Counted from the first letter of the stretch, positions 54,065-63,622 are shown. The stretch is 64,000 nucleotides of DNA from Deltaproteobacteria bacterium (GCA_006226375.1 SBHC01000009.1:14527-78526), one strand, 5' to 3'. The notes: generated by a model not told the origin, from the letters alone. Made by a program: numbers and translations.

Positions 54065-56683
54065 CTACTTTTTCTCTTGCCTTTGCATCTTGTCGAGCCT
54101 CTTAAGCTCTTTCTCGTCGTTCATGATTTCATCGACATAGTGATAGAGAAACGAGTAGGACGAGCGAAAGCCGATGCGAGCAGCCAGCCTGGAAGGCTTG
54201 ATGTTTAAGGCATTGGCGAGAGCGTAGAGGATGTCACATGGCTCTCCATCCAGCCCCATGGTCCCAACAAAGGGAGCCATGGCAGCCTCCATCGCAACAA
54301 GCTCCCCAACATTGGGACCATCGGCGTTCTCAAACGAGGCCCAATGTCCCCCCCACTCTTCGATGTTGTCGTGGTGGGCGATCATAATGCCGCCGTAATC
54401 AGGGTCAATCCACACTTCATGACCAAACGGTTCACCACCCCAACGCCACAGCCGCTCCACCACCAGCCACTTCTCAAGCCCGGTTCCACCACACTCCAGG
54501 GAGAACAAGCCGGGAAGCCTGGGTAGACCTCGTGTAGCCTTCAAAAAGGCCCACAACGTATCGTCAAGATCCTCTGGACTCTCCAGTTGGAGGGCTTTTG
54601 CAACGCTGGCCTTGTCAGGCAACTCTCCCGAGGGAAGAGGAGGCAGCTTCCAAAACCCCTCACGCAGGTTTTGCAGCTGTGAGGCGTCGTAATCGTCGAT
54701 TTGCATCTTTCCAGAAGGAAGCCACTGACGCAAAGGCTCCAACGAGTGATTCTTCAGGGCCTTGTTGAAGGCTTTGAGGTCTCGGCCCTTCGCAGCCTTT
54801 ACGTGGTCTTTGGGCTTCTTTGTCACTCCCAGAGCAAGCCAATCGGAAAGTTCAAGGGGAGCGACATCCGCCACAACGCCAGACAGTCCTTTTTTGCTGC
54901 GCTTCAGAATGTCTTGCAGCTCTGACGGGAAGGCAAAGAACACGGGCGCGCTGCGGCTTTCGACAGCCTCCGTGACCACCCATAACCACCGCCCAAGCCC
55001 GTCATCTCCGATCGCAAGCAAAGGAAGGTCGGGACAATCCGCTTCGGCAGCCACCACACGTGACGCCCCCCAAAGCCGGAAGTTACGGGCCTTACTCTCA
55101 AGAACATCAGCACCTTGGATCGCGTCCCACCACGGCTCCAGGCCAGGATGTATTGCAAGTTTGTGCTCGACGGCCTCCCCAGGAACACAAGTCCATTCGC
55201 TCAAAACGTCGGACAAATCGGGGGCAGGGGCAGCCTTGGCGCGAGCCTTTTCAGCGGCTTTCTTTCGAAGACGTAGGAACTTGCGTGCTTCTTTCTTCGA
55301 GACTTCAAACGGTGTTTTTCCAGCGTTGTCTTGGATGTTGAGATCGGCTCCAGCCTCAAGCAGATCCTCGGTGACCCAACGTTGCCCTGAGCGTCCTGCG
55401 TAGTGGAGAGGTGTTTGTCCTTCGTTGTCCAAAGCGTTGGGATCTGCGCCACGTTTGAGGAGCGCTGGAACACGATAGTGTCCGGCGTCCAAGGTTCCCA
55501 GGTGGTGAAGTGGGGTGCTGCCATCGTGAGCCACAACATCGATATCAAGGCCGGCCTCGTCCAGCGCGTCCAACAATTCATCGCCAGCGACGAAGAAGGC
55601 AGCCGTTCGGCCCAACGGATCTCGTGCGTTGATGTCAACACCGGCTGGAAGCAGATGCCGCTGGATCCATCGGTCGCTGACTTTCGAGTACGGTTGGTCC
55701 AACATTGCGATCAGAAGGGGAGTTCCATCTTTCTTGGAGACATGCACATCCGCACCCGCTGCAAGCGCGATATGAACGGTTGGGATATCGTTAGCCTCTA
55801 TCGCCTTCCGCAAGAGGTCTGTGGCAGCCTCCGGTGTTAACTCACCATCCAACGGGCCTATCGCGGTGCTTCCGACGCGGCAACGGACCAGAGAAAGCTC
55901 TGCACGATTCCAACACCAAACGTCGTAAGGAGGCCCAGGGTCGCGTTCTGTGTCGTTGTTCTCAAAGACACAATCCATGGCAGTGGCTTTGCCTCCCATG
56001 TAGACACCGAGACCGCTCCCTTTCCCATCGCGCAGCTCGCAGCGGACAAGGGTTAACTCGCCTTCTTCCTCCACATAGCATCCTGGCTGTGTACCAAACC
56101 CCCCAAAGATGGAGCAGTCCTCGGCGTTCACACGAGAACCTTCGCGCACAAGAAGCGCGGCGCTGTTTCCGCCACGTAACGTACATGACTTCAAGTCCAG
56201 CCTGGAGTTGTCTTTGACAAAGACTGTGGGAGAACCCAACGACAACGACGAATTGACAATGGTTCCTTTGGAGCCTTCCATCATCTCCAAGACGTTAATG
56301 CCGCCTTCCAACGTAGAGTCGGTGATTTCCAGCGAAGCTCCCCAAAGCTGCAGAAGCTCACCACGTGGTGGGCGCTCCTCTTCTTTTACGGCGGGGATGT
56401 AATCGCCGTGGAGATAGCAGTGTTCGATACAAACCTCACCTTGACGCAAAGCGAGACCCACGTTGGGGCCGGCAGCAAGGGTCAAATGAGAGAGCTTGAG
56501 GGTAATACCATCAACAGCTTGCAATCCGCCCTGAAGCACGACATGCTCAGCGCTCTCCCCTTGCAACGCCACCGATCGTGAAATCGCCAGAGGACCCGTG
56601 TAGGTGCCTGCCAGCAGTTCAATCTGCTCGACGTTCTTGTCCTTCAGGGCTGCTTGAAGCTCTTGGGTGTTGGCCACCTTCAT
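54065..56683 (-). CDS. cytoplasmic multidomain protein: N-terminal parallel beta-helix repeats, ankyrin repeats, about 400-aa unassigned C-terminal region
   Basis: No signal peptide. The beta-helix-like repeats read ...ITDSTLEGGINVLEM..., ...LKSCTLRGGNSAALLV.... The ANK repeats read DGTPLLIAM..., LGRTAAFFVAG..., DGSTPLHHLG...LLKRGADPNALDNEGQTPLHYAG...LLEAGADLNIQDNAGKTPFE. Confidence 0.65.
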   Translation of the reverse strand: MKVANTQELQAALKDKNVEQIELLAGTYTGPLAISRSVALQGESAEHVVLQGGLQAVDGITLKLSHLTLAAGPNVGLALRQGEVCIEHCYLHGDYIPAVKEEERPPRGELLQLWGASLEITDSTLEGGINVLEMMEGSKGTIVNSSLSLGSPTVFVKDNSRLDLKSCTLRGGNSAALLVREGSRVNAEDCSIFGGFGTQPGCYVEEEGELTLVRCELRDGKGSGLGVYMGGKATAMDCVFENNDTERDPGPPYDVWCWNRAELSLVRCRVGSTAIGPLDGELTPEAATDLLRKAIEANDIPTVHIALAAGADVHVSKKDGTPLLIAMLDQPYSKVSDRWIQRHLLPAGVDINARDPLGRTAAFFVAGDELLDALDEAGLDIDVVAHDGSTPLHHLGTLDAGHYRVPALLKRGADPNALDNEGQTPLHYAGRSGQRWVTEDLLEAGADLNIQDNAGKTPFEVSKKEARKFLRLRKKAAEKARAKAAPAPDLSDVLSEWTCVPGEAVEHKLAIHPGLEPWWDAIQGADVLESKARNFRLWGASRVVAAEADCPDLPLLAIGDDGLGRWLWVVTEAVESRSAPVFFAFPSELQDILKRSKKGLSGVVADVAPLELSDWLALGVTKKPKDHVKAAKGRDLKAFNKALKNHSLEPLRQWLPSGKMQIDDYDASQLQNLREGFWKLPPLPSGELPDKASVAKALQLESPEDLDDTLWAFLKATRGLPRLPGLFSLECGGTGLEKWLVVERLWRWGGEPFGHEVWIDPDYGGIMIAHHDNIEEWGGHWASFENADGPNVGELVAMEAAMAPFVGTMGLDGEPCDILYALANALNIKPSRLAARIGFRSSYSFLYHYVDEIMNDEKELKRLDKMQRQEKK

Positions 56684-56709
56684 CTTGAAGGCACGATCAC
56701 GCTATTCAT

Positions 56710-59250
56710 TTAGCGTTCCGGCATAATCACACGTGCACCAATGAAAGGGGCACGTGTCGCTGATTTGTAGCGGAAGGAGCATCGAACACCACCGGCCCTG
56801 TAGAGGTAACAGCCACCTCGAATGGAGTACTGGACGCGCTTGGAGCGTCGGCGGGCCTGGTGCGAGGAGTTTCCGTCGGCGACAGGGTTGCGGGGAGACT
56901 CTCCCATTTGAACAAGCCAGTCTTGGGTCCACTCATCGACACACCATTCCCACACGTTGCCGCTGCAATCGAACAAGCCGTAGGGGCTGACGCCTTGGGT
57001 GTATGCTCCCACAGGTGTAGTGGTGTCTAGCTCAGAGTCGAAGAAGTTGCAAAGTTCGGGTGTGGGTGGGTTGTTGCCCCAAGGCCAGGAGAAACCATGG
57101 TCGCCACGTGCGGAACGCTCCCACTGCGCTTCACTCGGCAACAAAAGACCGTAGAATGCGCAGAATCGCTTGACATCATTGAGAGAGACGTAGACGACGG
57201 GATGTTCCAGATAGTCTTGAGGTGGCTCTCCGCCGCTCCAATGCTGCAGGTAATCTTCCTCATCGCTGGTGTAGCCGCTTTCCTCAACAAAGGTCTTCCA
57301 CACACGGTTGGTGATGGTGGTTCGAGCGATCCAGAAGGTGTCGAGGTGGACATGTCGCTGGGGAAGCTCGTTCTCGCAGTGCAGCGGATCATCGGGAGAG
57401 CTTCCCATCAAGAAGCGGCCTTCTGGAATTTTGATGAACTCCAGCAACGGCTCGTCTTGGCGGGAGTAAAGAAACTTGGACTCCAACAACGGAGGAGGCT
57501 CTGGGAGCGACACAGCCGTGTAGGAAGAGACGGGCATCTGTGGAGGCTTCTCGACAGTCTCCAGGCCTTCCTCGCGATGAGCTGGCTGGTCCACGAACGA
57601 GGAGGGAGATGGAGCAGGCTCCGAGAAAAAGGACGAATGCAGCACCGGAGAAGAGTCAGACTTCTCCAACGCAATCAGCTCCTCTTCCATGTTGGCAAAC
57701 AAGGAAGGGTCCAACGTGTGATGAAGCGGTCGCGCTTTGCTCGACGCAAGGGGGCTTCCTTGGGTAACTGGAGACCCTGTCTTGGAAGAGCGTGTGGGGT
57801 GCATCGGGCCTGTGTTCCGGTACGTTTGCACCGTAGCCATCTCCACAGCCGTCTCGTCCTCACCTCTGCGCTTTACGGTTGGATGTTGAGCGGTTTGCTT
57901 GCTCTGCGCGTCAGGGATGGCTTCCAGCTTGTCCAGGGAGGGAAAGGCAAAGCCCAGCTCTGCGGTTTGTGGTAGCTCCACATCGGTTCGCGATACACTT
58001 CGGGTCTGAGGGACTTCCACGTTGGTCACGTCGTCGCTGGAGTCGATCCGGGCACGGCGTGACTCGTTCCGAAGCTGCGAACTCATCCGACCGATGACGG
58101 GATACTCGTCAAGTTGCTCAGGCAGGTTGTCTGCGGAGTCGTGGTGCCGAGAGAACGAGGTTTGCGCGGTGGAAGGAATCTCCGTGTGCGTTGGCTCCGA
58201 GTTGATTGGAATCTCATGGAAGTGGGCGTCGTTGGTTGTGGGCATCTCAACGTCAGTGACGTTGGCGTTGCGCTCCAACGCAGAGATGGTCATCGCGCTC
58301 TCAAGTGTGGGATGAGGCGGCATGGCATCAAGAGGCTCCATCAAGTCATCTCCGCTCTCACCCAATCGAGGAGGATGGGGAAGATGCGATGAATTGTTGG
58401 AGTACAAATCGTTGGAGGAAGCCTCCAGCATAGGCTGCAATGAGTCCGCGAGCGCTGTCCAAAAGCTGTGCGGTGTGGGGTAACGATGCTGAGGTTCTTG
58501 CGCGATCGACTGCAAGATAACGGCATCCACCGTTTGGTTCAGCATCGCGTTGTAGAAGCTCGGGGGAGCGACTGCGCCTATCGGCATTTCACCGGTCAGA
58601 AGCTGGTATGCGAGAATTCCAAGGGAAAAAACATCGGCCGCAGGTGTAACAGGAACGCCGCCTTTGAGCTGCTCCGGCGCCATGTAGTATACGGTGCCCT
58701 GGAAGCCTGTGTGCTTGACCTGGGGTGCGTCCAACAGCTTGGCAATACCAAAGTCCATCAACTTCACGTGACGATCGTTGGTCAGCATGATGTTGGGAGG
58801 CTTGATGTCGCGATGTATCACGCCCTGCGCATGAGCGTAGGTGAGGATGCCGCACAACTCTTTAAGCAAACGTGCAGCTTGCAACAAGCTGATGGGGGGC
58901 TTGCGGCGTTCTTCTGCAGCCTGTTGTAAAACTTCTTCGAGAGTTTCTCCCTCCACGTACTCCATGATGAAGAACAGGAGAGGATGGTGTTCGAGGTTGT
59001 AGGTCCGAACAATCCCGGCGTGGGTGAGTCGTTCGGTCACCTTCAGCTCTTGGAAGAACCGACGACGCACTTCTTCGAGGGGAGCGAGGTGGGGGTGAAT
59101 CACTTTAAGAGCATAGCGTCCTTGGCGAACAGTGTCATGACACAGGAAGACCTGTCCCATACCACCTTCACCCAACAATTTCTCGATGTAGTACCGCCCA
59201 AGAAGACACTGTCCAGGACGGACAACAGAACGCTGCGGCTTCACAACCAT
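56710..59250 (-). CDS. Ser/Thr protein kinase fused to a C-terminal FGE-sulfatase (SUMF1-like, C-type-lectin-fold) domain
   Basis: Kinase motifs are GEGGMGQVF, YALKVI, HRDIKPPNIML, DFGIAK and GTVYYMAPEQ. A long disordered linker follows. The FGE block is IKIPEGRFLMGSS...ELPQRHVHLDTFWIARTTITN...GNVWEWC...RGGCY. Start taken as ATG 59250; the track ORF extension to 59655 overlaps the divergent gene. Confidence 0.8.
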   Translation of the reverse strand: MVVKPQRSVVRPGQCLLGRYYIEKLLGEGGMGQVFLCHDTVRQGRYALKVIHPHLAPLEEVRRRFFQELKVTERLTHAGIVRTYNLEHHPLLFFIMEYVEGETLEEVLQQAAEERRKPPISLLQAARLLKELCGILTYAHAQGVIHRDIKPPNIMLTNDRHVKLMDFGIAKLLDAPQVKHTGFQGTVYYMAPEQLKGGVPVTPAADVFSLGILAYQLLTGEMPIGAVAPPSFYNAMLNQTVDAVILQSIAQEPQHRYPTPHSFWTALADSLQPMLEASSNDLYSNNSSHLPHPPRLGESGDDLMEPLDAMPPHPTLESAMTISALERNANVTDVEMPTTNDAHFHEIPINSEPTHTEIPSTAQTSFSRHHDSADNLPEQLDEYPVIGRMSSQLRNESRRARIDSSDDVTNVEVPQTRSVSRTDVELPQTAELGFAFPSLDKLEAIPDAQSKQTAQHPTVKRRGEDETAVEMATVQTYRNTGPMHPTRSSKTGSPVTQGSPLASSKARPLHHTLDPSLFANMEEELIALEKSDSSPVLHSSFFSEPAPSPSSFVDQPAHREEGLETVEKPPQMPVSSYTAVSLPEPPPLLESKFLYSRQDEPLLEFIKIPEGRFLMGSSPDDPLHCENELPQRHVHLDTFWIARTTITNRVWKTFVEESGYTSDEEDYLQHWSGGEPPQDYLEHPVVYVSLNDVKRFCAFYGLLLPSEAQWERSARGDHGFSWPWGNNPPTPELCNFFDSELDTTTPVGAYTQGVSPYGLFDCSGNVWEWCVDEWTQDWLVQMGESPRNPVADGNSSHQARRRSKRVQYSIRGGCYLYRAGGVRCSFRYKSATRAPFIGARVIMPER

Positions 59251-59473
59251 ATCACCACTTATACCAACGATGTCACTTCTACCCTTTCGCAAACAGAACA
59301 CAACATAAAACTGAGAGATTCCCGTTGTCAAGCATTCCTGAGTCGTCTTACCGGGAAGATCGGACGATACCGCAGGGTACTCTTGACCCACTTCACAGGC
59401 TATGGTTTGATGGGTGCCCCAAAAACCACAGGGAAGGACTTCACTTCCTCTCATGGCATTATACGGTAGGATC

Positions 59474-60661
59474 ATGACAAACCTAAGACAATTCTCGTGG
59501 CTCTCGTTTGGACTGTTGTTGTTGTCGGGAATGCTCCTCCTTACAGGGTGCCGTTCTCCTGACCAAGGTGCAGGTAAAATTGGCCCTGTAAAAAAATGGG
59601 GAGTCTCTGTCGGCGATCGCGTGCACTCCACCCCCACCGTTGATTCACAAGGCAATGTGTATGTGGGTTCCGCCGACCACCACCTCTACGTGTTCTCTCC
59701 CGAAGGCAAGTTCCGCTGGAAGTACAAAGTGGACGGTTTGGTCAAAGTCCAGAGCCCCACATTGGCCAAGGACGGCTCTGTCGCCTTTACCACATCCGAT
59801 GGCCACATCATCGCTCTGGACAGCGACGGTCGCGAGCGATGGAAGTACAACCCTCGCCGCAACTTGGTAGCTTGCGCTCCCCTGATTACCCAAGGGATCG
59901 TCATGACCACAGGCGACCTTGTGCTGGTTGCCTTCCGGCTGAAGAATGGCAAGGCCGTAAAGTTGGGGAAGAAGTTCCCCCCTATCAAAGGTTGCTTGGC
60001 CCAGGCCCCCAACGGCACCATCTACTTCTCCGACACCAAGACCTTGTACGCCTGGAAGTTGGAAAACGACACGCTGACCAAGCTTTGGAGCAAGACGTTC
60101 AAGAAAGCTCGCAGTTTGCCGGGATTTGACAAGGACAGCAACGTTTACATTGGGACCGAAGACGGACGCGTTGTGGCGCTGTCACCCCAAGGCAAAGAGC
60201 TCTGGACCTTCCAGGCTCGCAAGCTCAACAACCCCAAGATGGGCTTGTTCAACCGTCCGGTGGTGAGTCCCAAAGGCAACATCCTCGCCGTCCGCTTTGG
60301 CGATGGCTTGTACTCCCTCACTCCCAAGGGCAAAAAAGAGTGGATCTTCGCTGAATTGGAGCGCCCCTTTAATGGTTACATCACCGTAGCCCCAGACGGA
60401 ATGATCTTCGCCGGTTCTTGGGACTACCATGTGTACGCGATCACCCCCCAAGGCAAGCAGCACTACCGGTTCTTTACCAACGATCGGGTTTACTTTGGCG
60501 GTGCTGTCTCTCCCGACGGCTCCACCCTCTACATCGGCTCGGAAGACAAGCACCTTTACGCGCTTCACACCCACAAAAAAGGGACCACTTCTACCAAGTC
60601 CCAGGCCAAGCCGCAAACAACACCCAAGTCTCAGACCAAGCCAAAAACCACCAAAAAATAA
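59474..60661 (+). CDS. PQQ-like (BamB-type) beta-propeller repeat lipoprotein with Lys/Thr/Pro-rich tail
   Basis: The lipobox is LLLLTGC after ATG 59474. The repeats have the form GNVYVGSADHHLYVFSPEGKFRWKY, DGHIIALDSDGRERWKY, DGRVVALSPQGKELW, YHVYAITPQGKQ and KHLYAL. Confidence 0.7.
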   Translation: MTNLRQFSWLSFGLLLLSGMLLLTGCRSPDQGAGKIGPVKKWGVSVGDRVHSTPTVDSQGNVYVGSADHHLYVFSPEGKFRWKYKVDGLVKVQSPTLAKDGSVAFTTSDGHIIALDSDGRERWKYNPRRNLVACAPLITQGIVMTTGDLVLVAFRLKNGKAVKLGKKFPPIKGCLAQAPNGTIYFSDTKTLYAWKLENDTLTKLWSKTFKKARSLPGFDKDSNVYIGTEDGRVVALSPQGKELWTFQARKLNNPKMGLFNRPVVSPKGNILAVRFGDGLYSLTPKGKKEWIFAELERPFNGYITVAPDGMIFAGSWDYHVYAITPQGKQHYRFFTNDRVYFGGAVSPDGSTLYIGSEDKHLYALHTHKKGTTSTKSQAKPQTTPKSQTKPKTTKK

Positions 60662-60741
60662 AGCCTCTCAGAGCGCTCCCCTGCCCCAGCGGTCCTTCAC
60701 CGAACGAACCCTCGACACACTTTCAAACAGCCTTTCAGCGC

Positions 60742-61626
60742 TCAGAAGTACCAGGAGATGTGCGCGGAAGGGATGGGGATGAACGACATCGCGTTGGTCT
60801 CACCCAAGTGATACGAGAGCGACAACCCTGTGGAGAAAGCAAATCCAATGGGAGAGTGGTATTGCACCCCCATGGCAAAATGAAAGAAGGGATCGGGGAA
60901 CGCAGGGAAGGGAGAATGAGGTGTGTTGCTGGTTGGCAACGTGACACCCACAGACAAATAAGGCGACCAATCGAAACGTCGCAACGGTATGATCCTGAGG
61001 GAAAAATCAAACGACTGTTGGACTGGTGAAAAGGTAACCAACGGGTTGACCATTCCACCGATGAGTAAGCCCGTCTGAATCCCCAGAAGGCCTTCCACTC
61101 CAAATGTTAAGCCTACACCCAGACTGAGCAGCTTGGACTTGGGCGACTTCCTTAACTTTTGCTTCTGAACCAACGCAACCTGCTGACCTTTTCCATCCAC
61201 CTGCAACCGCTTGTATTGCTGAACAAAGCTGTTGTCTTCCAGCAACCGCGGATCCACCTCCAAAGCACGCTTCAACAGCGACCGACGCTTCTCTGTGTTG
61301 TGTTCATGCTGCGTTTGCTGCGCCAAACGAATGTACGTGCGAGCCAGATAGTAACGGATTCCCTCATGTGTGGGTTGAGCTGTCATCGCTTGGGCAAGCA
61401 GGGATTGGGCTCGCTTAAAATGACCGGACTCAAATTCACGAAGGCCTTCCTGAAAGAAGTCTTTGGATTTTTCTGCAGACAATGCTGTGGGAGCCGAACC
61501 TTGATGTGCCTTGTCGCTCGTTTTTCCAGCAGGGTGAGTCGCAGAAGCAGGTGCATTGCCCCAACTTGGGCTTGCCCCCACAACAAGGACAAGGGCCACA
61601 ACACCAACCTTCCACAACAAAGACAT
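60742..61626 (-). CDS. secreted TPR-like + small beta-barrel outer-membrane protein (hypothetical)
   Basis: Signal peptide VVALVLVVGASPSWG after ATG 61626. It has a TPR-like helix pair (FKRAQSLLAQAM...YYLARTYIRLAQ). The C-terminal half has alternating hydrophobic residues and ends in an aromatic residue (ISWYF), typical of OMP barrels. Confidence 0.45.
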   Translation of the reverse strand: MSLLWKVGVVALVLVVGASPSWGNAPASATHPAGKTSDKAHQGSAPTALSAEKSKDFFQEGLREFESGHFKRAQSLLAQAMTAQPTHEGIRYYLARTYIRLAQQTQHEHNTEKRRSLLKRALEVDPRLLEDNSFVQQYKRLQVDGKGQQVALVQKQKLRKSPKSKLLSLGVGLTFGVEGLLGIQTGLLIGGMVNPLVTFSPVQQSFDFSLRIIPLRRFDWSPYLSVGVTLPTSNTPHSPFPAFPDPFFHFAMGVQYHSPIGFAFSTGLSLSYHLGETNAMSFIPIPSAHISWYF

Positions 61627-61942
61627 TTGCTTCTTTACGAAGCCTGCATACACCCACATACGAACCGGCTTTCCTTTGCACATCCAACGCTCTCTACCAC
61701 ATGAGAGAACAGGGACTCTTCAACGTTCAGGACGAAAAGAGTCCAATGCAACCCTTGCACAAATGAGGCCAGATCCATTCGTTGTTCGATCGATAGCAAC
61801 AGAATGCTCCCGATCGTCCAGCGTTTTTCGGAACGATCGCAAGCTCCCCCAAAATTAATTCACCCAACCTACAACCCCACCCCGCAGCGAAAACACAACA
61901 CAGGTGTGGTAAAAATCATACAGATCCGAACGGAGGTTGGGG

Positions 61943-62500
61943 TTAGGAGGGGAAGGTGATGAATTCAGCGGGGATGGCTTCACAGAGGAAGTGATTGTTG
62001 TCGGGTTGGAAGAAGACATGGCCTGCAGCTTGGGCTTCTTGTGCGCGGACCTCAAGCATGATGGGGTCACGGGTGTAGCGTCGAGCCACAGTAAACGCTC
62101 GCTCCTGGTCCACAGACAAATGGACGTATTGGCGTTCCATGGGCAGCAAACCTGACTCTTGAATTTTCTCAATCACATGAGCGTGAGTGCCATGGTACAG
62201 GATCGCGGGAGGCTCAGCAGGCTCATAGGCCACTTGCTTCACCCGCCGATTGTGTCCGTAGATCGCCCGAATCTGACCGTCGACAAGTTCCAGGCGCTTC
62301 TTACCGTCCAGCTCACCGGCGAGAATGGGCTCCAGATCTTCCTTGGAGAACTTGCCCCTGTAACGACGTTGGACAATCGCCCACACCTTGTCAAAATCAG
62401 CAAAGCCCTGCTCGTCGAGGGCCAGATGGAACTCGTCTGCACCATGTCTCAGGAGGAAAGATAAGAACTTGGAGAGTCGCTTCAATTCATGTGAAGACAT
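61943..62500 (-). CDS. kptA: RNA 2'-phosphotransferase (Tpt1/KptA family)
   Basis: LSKFLSFLLRHGADEFHLALDEQGFADFDKV, IRAIYGHN, ILYHGTHAHVIEKIQESGLLPMERQYVHLS and MLEVRAQEA line up closely with E. coli KptA blocks. ATG 62500 is preferred over the track start at 62554. Confidence 0.8.
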   Translation of the reverse strand: MSSHELKRLSKFLSFLLRHGADEFHLALDEQGFADFDKVWAIVQRRYRGKFSKEDLEPILAGELDGKKRLELVDGQIRAIYGHNRRVKQVAYEPAEPPAILYHGTHAHVIEKIQESGLLPMERQYVHLSVDQERAFTVARRYTRDPIMLEVRAQEAQAAGHVFFQPDNNHFLCEAIPAEFITFPS

Positions 62501-62632
62501 AGAGAAATCCTTTTGTTCTAGGAAGGATGAAAGATGATGTAGGTTGTTTTTCATTGAGGCGTAAGACGAACAAAGGAGGGAAAAGTTCTTGGGAAAGGAA
62601 AGAGGAAGGACAAAGGCCAGAAAGAAACAGGC

Positions 62633-63622
62633 TTATTTGGGCTGGATGAGTTCAAACGAGATACGGATTTCCTTAATGTTTTGACAACGATGACGGTAGT
62701 GTTTGTTGTACTGCAGCACCAACTGAGACACTTGTTGGTAAGCACACGTTCCAATGAGGTCATCTTTGTTGAAGCTGTCTTTGTCGTAGACAGAGTAGAT
62801 GAATCTCTCTGTACCGTTGAGATAGATTTCGCGAAAGAACGACCATTGTGGGCGGATTTTGTTCCGTAAGGTTGGTGTCGTGATTTTATGACGACCCACC
62901 ACCAACACCACATAAGGGTCGGGCAGGCCACCAAAGGCATCCCAATTTCGACCGTTCGACTTCTTGGCAGCCAGAACCGCTCCATGGATCAAAACCCGGT
63001 AGAAACCTGGCTTAAACTTGACCATTTGCTTGGGTTTGAGCGGAACAATCATCACGCTCAGCTCGTACACTTGGCCAAACCGAAGCCGCCAAGTTCCACC
63101 TTTTTTTAAGAACCTTGCTGGAACCACGCTCTCGGCACGCTTCCCAATCAAGTCGTCACGAAACTTGTCCTTGTCCCAGACTTCAATGGCAACCCGGTCC
63201 GTGGCGGTCAAGGAGACTTGCTCGGACGTTCCCCAGACGGGGTTCATCGTGTTGGAGACAGTCCGGCTTTGAATCACCTGACCGTTGCTGAAGGTAAGCT
63301 TAACATAGGGATCCGGCATCTTGCCGCCCTGGATGAACGAACTCAAGCCACGAGTGGCAGCAGCGTAGGCTGCTTTGACAGCGTCTGGTTTAAACGAACC
63401 AACATGCTGAAGACGTTTCGCCATCTTCCTCAACTTGCGCGCAGTTCCACGACTGCAAATGTCCCAACAGTTTCCGTTGGCCTTTACAGGCAACAACATC
63501 GCGCCGGACACCACGATCCGATAGCTTCGTTTGACGGGGGCTTTCTCTTTGCTTGCCGCGAGCGAGGACGTCAACGGCCACAACAACGCCAGCGTTAGTG
63601 CCAAAAGGATTCGTTTCATCAT
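62633..63622 (-). CDS. secreted protein with two tandem C2 domains
   Basis: RBS GGTGGA before ATG 63622, then a signal peptide (ILLALTLALLWPLTSSLAAS). C2 domain 1 reads MPDPYVKLTFSNGQVIQSRTVSNTMNPVWG...IEVWDKDKFRDDLIG. C2 domain 2 reads LPDPYVVLVVGRHKITTPTLRNKIRPQW...YSVYDKDSFNKDDLIG. Confidence 0.65.
   Translation of the reverse strand: MMKRILLALTLALLWPLTSSLAASKEKAPVKRSYRIVVSGAMLLPVKANGNCWDICSRGTARKLRKMAKRLQHVGSFKPDAVKAAYAAATRGLSSFIQGGKMPDPYVKLTFSNGQVIQSRTVSNTMNPVWGTSEQVSLTATDRVAIEVWDKDKFRDDLIGKRAESVVPARFLKKGGTWRLRFGQVYELSVMIVPLKPKQMVKFKPGFYRVLIHGAVLAAKKSNGRNWDAFGGLPDPYVVLVVGRHKITTPTLRNKIRPQWSFFREIYLNGTERFIYSVYDKDSFNKDDLIGTCAYQQVSQLVLQYNKHYRHRCQNIKEIRISFELIQPK

Noticed and set aside
56710-57400. 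FGE-sulfatase/C-type-lectin-fold C-terminus as the variable region of a diversity-generating retroelement
   Set aside because: There is no reverse transcriptase gene in the window, no nearby template-repeat copy of the 3' end that I could see, and no Asn-codon-rich variable tract.
59251-59655. 135-codon N-terminal extension of the kinase-FGE ORF
   Set aside because: It would overlap the divergent PQQ-propeller lipoprotein gene and its promoter region. The translated extension has no kinase-related sequence. The kinase glycine loop begins about 30 residues after the internal ATG at 59250.
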